Made by a program: the position numbers and the translations under genes. DNA of 44,260 bases, the filler included, from Jimgerdemannia flammicorona (taxonomy: Eukaryota): the NCBI GenBank assembly GCA_003990765.1. It is 2 parts of 2 records of this genome, joined end to end, with 100 filler letters (N's around TTAATTAATTAA, not from the genome) between each part and the next. Parts side by side here need not be neighbours in the genome. Positions count along the whole stretch, not along the records: positions 22,185 to 44,260 come from RBNJ01001339.1; 1 more part is not named here. One strand, written 5' to 3'. Below the pieces are notes generated by a model that did no database searches, was not told where the DNA came from, and worked only from the letters and a program-made list of their open reading frames with translations. Below are positions 34,958 through 44,260 of the stretch, piece by piece (position 1 is the first letter of the stretch; the number at the start of each line of letters is the position of its first letter).

Positions 34958-37900
34958 AATGGTAGATGCCAACATTGTAGCACTGACTACCCAGCTAGCT
35001 GCACTAGTAGAGATAGTAGGACAGATTGCTGAACAGAACAAACCAACCAAGATCTTGCAAATCCCAACATTCAGTAGAAAAAACAGTGATATCAAAAACT
35101 TCATCAATGCAGTTGACACAGGCTACTGAGCAAACCAATGGAATGATAACTGAGTGCCTATAGGAATGCTCACCAACAACCAGAACAATACCCTTCAACA
35201 GCTGTTTGCCATATTAGCAGTATAAGTGGAAACAGTAGCCACATTCTTCACTGGAACAGCAGCCGAATTCTGGCAAACCTTGGAACAGTACTCAGTAACC
35301 TGAGAAGACTGCTCTCAAGTTGCAGGTCAGGTATAAGTCCATAACAGATCAGGTTGGGATAACTATGAAGCAGGCCCAGAACTCAAGGCCCTGCTACTGA
35401 CTAAATTCTGAAATATAGTCTATATATAAGAAACTTGGAACAAACTGTCTCAGATGAAGTTCCACAAGAATGGTAAAGAAGACCTAGAAACCTTTGTCAC
35501 CAGAATGGATGCCTATCTCAAAACTATTGAACTTATCTACCAGGAGAACAATTTGGCCATCAATGGTACCAGAGTCAACCATCTCTTTGCAGCCCTACCA
35601 GACTGGCTCACCCAGAAGATCAAGGAACAAGGTCTTCCCCAAGGATGTCCCCACTACTCATAGTGCTTTGCCTAAGTACAAAGAAGAGCCCATGAAATCC
35701 TTGCTGTACAAGCCCCATGAAATCAAGAACACAAGAAGGATAACCAAGATAGAAGGAATCCCACCAGGAGAAATGATCAAAGGAATGACTAAAGATATGA
35801 TCAAAGAAATTATCAAAGGAATCAGTGAAACCCCAGAGGACCCAGACCTCCCACTGAGGATGAAAAGAAGCAGCTCCATGAAAAGAGATTGTGCTTCATC
35901 TGCAAGAAGACAGGATACATCTCATTCAAATGCCCTGAGAAGAGGAACAGATCAGGCAAACCTAGTAACCAGAACATTACTGTTATTAGAGAAGGTTCAG
36001 GAAAGAAGAACTCTGAGAATATTATCAAAGTATAGAAGATATGATACAAGACTACTATCTCCACTAAGGCCCACCCAACCAATGCTAGATATAACCTCTA
36101 CAGTAGCCAAGACCTCACTATTCCACTAAGTACCAATACTACAGTATAAATAGGGATTGCAATGTAAGCTTCCAAAGGAACATATATCCACCTTACTGAG
36201 TGAAGTAGCCTAGCCAAAGTGTTCAACATTGGGCTAGGAAGAGGAGTAGTTGATCAAGAATTTACTGGTGAAATCTGTGTCATCTTGTGAAATTTTGGAG
36301 ACACCTCATTTGAAGTCAAAGTAGGCCAAAGGATTGCTTAAGCAATCATTGAAGAAATCCATCAAGATCTCACCATTGAAGAAGTCCCTAAGCTCTCCCA
36401 GACAGACCATGGCAAGAAAGGTTTTGGATCAACCAACAAATCTCCTAGTCAAAGAGTCACTACCATGAAGGAAGATGATGAAAACTAGTATAAGAGAATT
36501 GCAGATAGTTATACACCATGTAGATGATGCCCTTATTCTATTCAAATGTACTGCATGGAACATATTGGTGAATACCATGCATGCCTCTCTAAAGTTTTCA
36601 AAATTCAATCTGAGAAGCACTAAGCCCAACAGACTGAGAAACCTAAACAAGACAATCCTCCTTGTGAAGGATGGGGAGAAACTGACTTTAAGGAGACTAA
36701 CAGCAATTGGGACAACAATGAGAATGAAGAGCTCAACACTATCAAGAAGGAGGACAGTTACATCAAGTTCACAGGCCAAGTCCACAGACAGAATGTCAAT
36801 ATCTTGCTTGATAGTGGTGCTACTGGAAACTATATCAGCACTAAGACTACTAAGAGGATTGGAGTCCAAAGCAGACCAGCCACTGAGAAAAGAAGTGTTA
36901 CCTTTGGTAATGGAAAGACTGCACCATTGATCAAGATCTGTGAAGACCTCTTGCTCAAGATTGACAAATATCAAGAGAAGTTGGACTTCAGCATTGTAGA
37001 TCTCCTAGATCAAGACATTATTCTAGGAAAAGCCTGGTTGACCCAGCACAACCCAGATATTAACTAGAGAACCAACAAGATTAACCTGACCCATAAAGGC
37101 AGAAATATCACTCTGACATCCCAGGAAGGTACCAACTACCAAGGAATCGAAATCATCTCTGCCATTCAAATGAAGAGACTCTCTCGAAAAAAGGGAAACA
37201 CCTACTTTATCTATATAGTACAAGAAGTCACTGAAGCTACAAGTAGTCTAATTCCAACAGAAGCTCAAGAACTATTTGAAGAATTCTAAGATGTATTCCA
37301 AGACTCCAAAGGACTTCTACCCAAGTACCAAATCCAATATAGAATTGATCTTATTCCAGGATCTGAACCCCCATACAAGAGTATCTATCAACTGACTCAA
37401 CCTGAACTCAAGACCCTCAAGGATGAGTTGACTAAACTACTGGCCCAAGGATACATTGAACTCAGCCACTCTCCATTTGGAGCCCCCATTCTATTTTTCA
37501 AGAAGAAATATGGCTCTCTGTGAATGTGTATTAACTATAGAGCCCTCAACAAGATCACCATCAAGAACCAGTATGCCTTGCCTAGGATTGATGAGTTGCT
37601 ACACCAAATCTTCAAGACCAAGACCTTTTCTCTACTAGACTTATGAAATGATTATCACCAGATTCTCATTGATGAGAAAGACATTGAAAAGACAGCTTTC
37701 CAAATACAGTTTGGATACTACCAGTTCCAAGTCATGCCTTTTGGTTTGACTAATGCACCAGCAACATTTCAGTATCTGATGAATGACATCTTTAGACTAC
37801 TCCTCAACATCTGTGTTCTTGTGTATATTGATGATATACTAATCTATAGCGAAACAGTGAAGTTACACTACACCTATCTCAGACAGATACTGACTCTTCT

Positions 37901-40093
37901 GTGAGAACACCAGCTCTATACAAAGATGAGCAAGTGCAAGTTCTATCAAGACCATATTGAGTATCTAGGACATATCATCTCTGCTGAAGGTATCAATGTG
38001 AACTCCTGAAAGATATCAGCCCTTAAGGATATTCCCATCTCTACTACTCTCAAGCTACTTCAGTACTTTCTGAGTATTACCAGTTACTACTGAAGGTTTA
38101 TCCAAGGATACTCTGCTATTGCAGCCCCACTGACTAGCCTAGCCTGCAAAGGAGTAAACATCAAAACTGAATGGATCTCCAAATATATCCAGACTATAGA
38201 CCATCTCAAAAGACTTCTTACTGAGACCTCAGTGTTAATTGTACCTGACCCTATCAGGCCATTTACTCTAACTACAGATGCCTCTGATATTGCTATTGGG
38301 GTAGTGCTCAGCCAAGAAGACTGCCCAGTGGCCTACCTTTCCCAAAAGCTCAAGCCAGCTGAGACCTGGTATATCACCCATGAGAAGGAACTCCTGGCCA
38401 TTATTACTGCACTCCAGGAATAGCACCATTTCCTCCTAGGACAACTATTTGTGGCCTACACTGATCACTATACCCTATGGTACATTTACACATAGCTCAT
38501 GCTGACCCACAGACAAGCCTGCTGAATGGAAATCATTGCTAACTTTGATATAGAAATCAAGTATATCTCAGGCAAAACCAACCATGTGGCTGATGGTTTC
38601 TCCAGGTATATGGAAGATGAACATGTCTTTATGGTCAAGGTAATTGGAGATCTTACCCAGATAATTAAGGATGGCTACTAGCAGGACAGCCCCCTGATGA
38701 AATTCCTTCAATTCTGCCAAGACCCAGAAGCTGAAGTCCCAGAACTCATGAGGCAAATGTCCAAAATATTCACTTACTATAATGGACTTATCTACAGAGA
38801 CCATGACAGAGTGGTTGTACTTAACAATAATACTCTGCAACTCAAGATTATGCAGGAACTCCATAATACTCCTGCAGTAGGACATTTTGGTTTTGAAAAG
38901 ACCTACAACCTCCTCTCAAGAGAGTTCTACTGGCCAAAGATGACCAAGGATATCAAAGACTTTGTGGCCTCATGCAAGATATGCCAAAGGTTCAAAAGTA
39001 GTAACAAGCTACCAGCAGGACTCCTGCAACCCTTGTCTATCCTGAGTCATAACTAGGATCAGATTGCAATAGACTTCATTGTCCAACTCCCCAAGACCAA
39101 GGTAGGATGAGATGCCATCATGATATTTATAGACCACCTAAGTAAACAAGCCCATTTTTCACCCACTAAGACCACTGCTACAGTACCAGAGATTGCTGAG
39201 ATTTTCCTCAACTAAGTATTCAGACTATATAGCATACCTAGTACTATTGTATCTGACTGAGATACCAAGTTCACAAGCAACTTTTGGAAGGTATTTTTCT
39301 CTCTCCATGGAACCAAGCTGAAGTTCTCTACTGCCTACCACCCTCAGACTGACAGTCAAACTGAATAAACCAATAAGACTCTCAAACATATGCTTAGCAT
39401 CTTCTTCTGTTACAAGCAGAATGATTGGGATAAGTACCTAGTCCATGCCAAGTTTGCTTACAATAACAGCCAGCAAACCTCTATGAAGAAGACTCCATTC
39501 TTCCTGAACCATGGTCAACACCCAAGAACCCTGAGTACTACTACAAAATCAGCAGTCCCAGCAGTCCAAGATCTGGCTGAGACTATTTCTGATCTTACCC
39601 AAATGATAAGAGATGCTCTCATAGAAGTACAAGACTACCAGACCAAGTATGCAAACTTGAAGTGAAGAGAAGTCTCCTATAACATTAGTGACATGGTTAT
39701 ACTTAGAACAGACTACCTCTACCCAGATACCCTAGCACAACAACCAGCCAAGAAACTCCATGCTAGAAGAATTGGACCATATAAGATTGTGGAAAAAGTC
39801 AGTAAAGTCAATTACAAGTTGCAACTTCCCTACAATATTCAAGTACACCCAGTATTCCATATTAGCCAATTGGTGGACTATTATGAGAACCCATTTCCTG
39901 AGCATATAGTCTCACTACTACCCCCAATTGGGATCAACAATCATGAGGAATTTAAAATTGAGGAAGTACTTGACCATAAGGTCTGCAAATACTCCAAAAC
40001 AGTCAAGTGGTTTTTCCTTATCAAGTGGAAGAGTTACCCCATCCATGATACCACCTGGGAAAAAGAAGAAGCTCTAAAGAATGCATGCAAAGC
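34958..40093 (+). pseudogene. D gag-dUTPase-Cys/His module-PR-RT-RH-IN-chromodomain
   Basis: [56 protein letters not shown]...CKIC; IGPY; EEFKIEEVLDH...FLIKWKSYP...TWE. Confidence 0.92.
36020..36437 (+). pseudogene. dut: dUTPase domain of D, between gag and protease
   Basis: NARYNL (from DAGYDL), *SSLA, GVVDQEFTGEI, GQRIA*, GKKGFGST. Confidence 0.88.
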
Positions 40094-40497
40094 TGTAACA
40101 TTTTAGCATAGTTTATTTCTTTTCTTTGTCTTTCTTCAATATTCTACAACCTTCTGGTACTTTCTGAATGCTTAGAAATCCTTTCTTGGTGTCAAGCATC
40201 CTCTAGTACTTATTTAGCTAGTCACTGAATGTCCTGGAAACTTGTAGAACTTTATTTGTCATCATTTGTCATCTTTGCCAAAAACTTTTCTCTTGGCATT
40301 TTCCTTTGATTTCTCAGATCCTTCCCGATCCTTCTTTCAGATATTGTATAAATATCCCCTTTGTTCTCATGAATAAAGTCTCAGAATATTTTCTCTCAGA
40401 AATTTTTCGAGAACACTTGAGTCCTTAAGTATCTCTTTGAGCTACTTAGAACTACCTGAACTAGTTGCTTCCTCATTTAGAAACTAGAACCATTATA
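40094..40497 (+). repeat. 5' LTR of C3 (404 bp)
   Basis: TGTAACA...AGAAACTAGAACCATTATA; the end matches the C1 LTR end. Confidence 0.85.
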
Positions 40498-40565
40498 CTT
40501 AGTAGCAGCAGTTAAGTTACACCTAGCCTTATCAAGACACCTCTCAAGATATCAGTCACAACACT

Positions 40566-43500
40566 ATAGAGGACAATGGGTGGAATCCTTCATACAGTAC
40601 CTATGGTCCAGGCAATGCCTCATATCATTAGTAAGAAGAAGAGGAACAGCAAAACCCTACTCAGTCAAATGGGACTATCGAGAGTCTTTTGCAGACTGTA
40701 TTAGCTCAGATTGCTCAACTTCAAGAATGCATAGAAAGAAAGGAAAGCAAGGCCTCTGCTCATACCTCTATGCCCCCACTGACATCAATACATCTGACAG
40801 CAGTCACTATCAAGCCTCAGAAGCCCGACACCTTTGATGGTCAAAGAGGAGGACTGTCTACTGACACCTGGCTTTTCCAATTGGAGCAATATGGAGAACT
40901 GATCAATTTGGAAGAAGCAACACTAGTCCAATTTGCCGCCACACTCTTCTAAGGGAATGCTGCAATCTGGTGGTGAAATCATGTCCAGAATACCAGATTC
41001 TCTGGCTGAATCAAGACCTGGGGCAAATTCTCTGATGCTATTCAAGGCTAATTCAAACCAGTCAATAGCACCAAGGCTGCGCGAGACCATCTGGCAAATG
41101 TCAAACAACTCAAGTCTGTACAAGCATACAATGCACAATTCCTGTCAATTCTGCTAGAATTACTATATGTCACTAAAGACGAGAAGGTCGACAAGTACAT
41201 CCAAGGCCTGAAAGGTCAAACCCAAGTTTGTGTTAAACTAGAAGAACCCAAGGACCTAGATACAGCAATGAAAATTGCTAATAGGTTTGATGTCATTACC
41301 TATAGTCACTGCTTCAAACAGAAGAGACTACCTTTCAACAACAACAACAACCACAGAAGAGAGGAACCCAAAGTCAGAACTGTTGGACCTGCCCCCATGG
41401 ACCTAGACACCATCAACAAGAACAAGAAAGGCAAGCTTACACCTGAGAAAAAGGAGTGCCTCAAGAAGGCTGGAGCCTGCTTCTTTTGCTGTCAGTCTGG
41501 TCACATTGCAACCAAATGTTCCAAGAAAACTGCCAAACCAAAGAGGATCCTGGTCCTGTCCAAAGACACTCAAAGTCAATCAGTTGAACAAGAAGTTGTA
41601 CTCAATTTCATTCGAGTCAACCCCAAGGTCCAGATCCCTCAAGCACAGTCAGAAGGAGCCATTGGTTTGGACCTTCAAGCAGTACAATAAGTCACTATTC
41701 CAGCACATGAGAGAAGGCTCATTCCAACTGACCTTTCAGTCGAAATCCCCAAGAAACATTATGCAAGAATTGCACCAAGATCTGGCCTCAGTTTCAAGCA
41801 CTCATTGGATATTAGTACTGGAGTCATTGACCCTAACTTCCGAAGCGAAATGCAAGTCCTGCTAGTCAACCACAAGAACCAACCATATACTGTCAAAGAA
41901 GGAGACAGAATTGCACAGCTCATTCTAGAGCGAGCCACCCTACCAGTCATCAAAGAAGTCACTAAGCTGTCTTCAACTAAGCGAGATCAGAAAGGCTTTG
42001 GTAGTACTGACAAAGTTGCAAGCATAGCTGAGAACTGAGCCAATTCAATGCTCATTTTCAAAGGTCTAGTCAAGGGACAAGAGCTAGATGTTCTCATAGA
42101 CAGTGGAGCTGTTGGGAACTTCATCAACAAGAACCTCATTGATAAGCTCAAGATTCTCACCAAACCAGCAGGCAAGAATGGTGGAGTTGTTACTGCAGAC
42201 AGCACCACCTTACCAATTGACTCAATTGTCACTAAACTTCCCCTCAAGATCCAGAAGTACTGGGAATATTTAGATTTCAAGGTAGCACTACTAGGAGACC
42301 ATGACCTGATCCTAGGCAAACCCTGGCTTACATGGCACAACCCTCAGATTGATTGGACCAAGAATGAAGTCACCTTGATTCAGAATGGAGCCAACATTAC
42401 CATCAAGCCAGACAAGACTCAGATGAGAACCCCAATTGCAACCCTTTTGGCAATTCAGTTCAAGAAGGCCCTCAAGAAAGCTACCTGTGCCTTTGTGGCA
42501 CTGATCTGACCAAAGAAAGAAGACAAAAAGCTATCCATTAGTGAAAGCATCAAGTTACTGCTGAACAAGTACAAGAATGTCTTCCCGGACAAACTATCTG
42601 GTCTACCACCTCCAAGAGACCATGACCACGAAATCAAGTTGGTACCTGATGCAGCTATACCTAAGAAGAAAATGTACTGCATGTCTCCACTCGAAATTGA
42701 AGTAGTCAAGAAGGAACTCAATGAACTCATTGAGTGAGGGGCCATTCAGCCAAGCAAGTCATCCTTTGGTTCCCCAGTCCTATTTGTCAAGAAAAAGGAT
42801 GATACTCTGTAAATGTGCATAGACTACCGAGCACTCAACAAGATCACAGTCAAGAACCATTATCTGCTACTGCTCATAGATCAAATCTTTGATACCCTCA
42901 AGAATGCAAAGTACTTCACCAAGATTGATCTCACCTCTGGGTATCACCAAATTCGAATCAAGCCAGAAGACATACCCAAGACTGCCTTCATGACACCCTT
43001 TGGACTCTACAAATTTCTAGTCATGGCCTTTGGTCTCACCAATGTGCCAGCAATCTTTCAAGATCTCATGCAAACTGTCTTCAAGGATCAGCTGTATATC
43101 TTCGTACTTGTATATATTGATGACATCCTGATCTTCAGTAGCACTGAAGAAGAACACCTTAAGCACATTGAACAAGTCCTCAAGATCCTCCACAAGAACA
43201 AGCTCTATGCAAAGCTCAAGAAATGTGAATTTTTCAAGGATCAAGTTGAATACCTTGGATACATTGTATCAGCCAAAGGAATTCAAGTAGACCCAAGGAA
43301 AATACAAGCCATTGAACAGTGGCCTGTACCAGCAAACCTCACAGAACTCAGGTCCTTCCTTGGTCTGGCTAGATATTACTGTCGATTTGTCAAGAACTTC
43401 TCTGGCATCGCAGAATCTTTGACAAATCTCCTGTGAAAGGAACCCAACTCTGACCTCTATGTCCCCTATATCTGGGATGCTTTCTGTCAACAAGCTTTTC

Positions 43501-43735
43501 AAGAACTCAAGAACTGCCTGACCCATACACCTGTCCTTAGAAATATGGACCCAAACTTGAAGTTCATGGTCACTACAGATGTATCTAACTTTGCCATTAG
43601 TGTAGTCATTTCTCAAGATGATGGTCAAGGACACCAACCTATTGCCTTTGAGTCAAGAAAATTGTCCCCAGTGGAACAATAGCTGGCTACTCACAAAAAG
43701 GAACTCCTGGCAATTATATATATATGCCCTCAGAA
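40566..43735 (+). pseudogene. C3 single-frame gag-dUTPase-PR-RT-RH
   Basis: ORFs at 40689, 41268, 41805, 42048 and 42813 share one frame; CFFCCQSGHIATKC, LIDSGAVGNFI, YIDD. Confidence 0.93.
41598..42011 (+). pseudogene. dut: dUTPase domain of C3
   Basis: AIGLDL, IAPRSGL, GVIDPNFRSE, GDRIAQLIL, RDQKGFGST; one TAA stop. Confidence 0.93.
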
Positions 43736-44260
43736 TGACCTCCCGCTATTATCAATTACCGCACGAATTGAATGAGCTGATCATATAACCATCGACCCGT
43801 AACCATCGTGAACTCGTTCAGTTATACATCGCGTGCTTCACCAAGTAGCACACATTAAGCCGTGAAGTCAAAGTTCATCATATATAACCAATGCCACATT
43901 TTGGGGGCTCAACTGGGAAAAGTTTTCAAAAAACTTGACCATTTGGCTCAAGAACCCAGTGATCTACAGTGGAGAACTTAGCAGGACCAAGTCAGCAACC
44001 AAACCAGGGGCAGCAACAGCCCTCCTCAGCAGAAAAGAAAGCCCACACCCTTGTCAGAACAGTAGCCAGGACCCTATTCAACACCAGTAGCCAGAAAACC
44101 GAATCAGAAGAAAGAAGTAACCCAGATTATGGCTTGACTTCAAGAGAAAGGAGATGACTCAGAGGACAACCAGAACCACCCCTTCAGATCCAAGACTTAG
44201 GCCAAGAAGAAGAAGAAGAGGATATCCCCGAGGAGTATCAGACCCTTATCCATAGGAAGA
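43736..44260 (+). mobile_element. Start of LTR element E: LTR 3' part, PBS, gag-like leader
   Basis: LTR-like segment ending GCCACA at 43898, then TTT and a PBS, then Q/P/E-rich coding-like sequence. Left junction approximate. Confidence 0.7.
43902..43918 (+). other. tRNA-Pro PBS of E
   Basis: TGGGGGCTCAACTGGGA versus the canonical Pro PBS TGGGGGCTCGTCCGGGA. Confidence 0.8.

Larger units (their letters stand above)
33301..40093 (+). mobile_element. Chromovirus-type Ty3/Gypsy element D, 3' end displaced by C3
   Basis: Begins TGTAAT at the LINE breakpoint; TTGTATAAATA at 33611 and AATAAA at about 33642; full pol ending in a chromodomain. The 5' LTR end (about 33940) is not resolved. Confidence 0.9.
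40094..43735 (+). mobile_element. Ty3/Gypsy element C3 (C-related subfamily), broken within RNase H
   Basis: 5' LTR homologous to the C1 LTR, Met-like PBS, internal region collinear with C1; inserted at the end of the D chromodomain. Confidence 0.92.

Overview
This window is a eukaryotic, most likely fungal, cluster of nested transposons; I recognise no host gene. An artificial 100-bp linker (N44-TTAATTAATTAA-N44, 22085-22184) splits it, so the two halves may not be adjacent in the genome. Left half: the 3' end of Ty3/Gypsy element A (1-1200), then a decayed chromovirus C2 (3305-21725, minus). C2 carries two nested insertions, its own relative C1 (3933-10026, TSD TAGTA) and the near-intact element B (12827-19561, 4-bp TSD ATAA, same family as A), and ends at a young hAT-like terminus. 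Right half: two L1/Tx1-like LINEs, tandem repeats, chromovirus D (33301-40093) interrupted by C3 (from 40094), and the start of a tRNA-Pro-primed LTR element E. Repeats show heavy C>T/G>A decay, mostly at CpG in young copies and broader (RIP-like) in old ones. Main observations: (1) all three LTR families with a visible pol (B, C, D) carry a dUTPase, five copies in two domain orders; (2) families B and D share a Cys/His module I do not recognise, next to the dUTPase but on opposite sides of it; (3) family A/B appears tricistronic, with a separately initiated integrase and an unknown 153-aa ORF in the env position.
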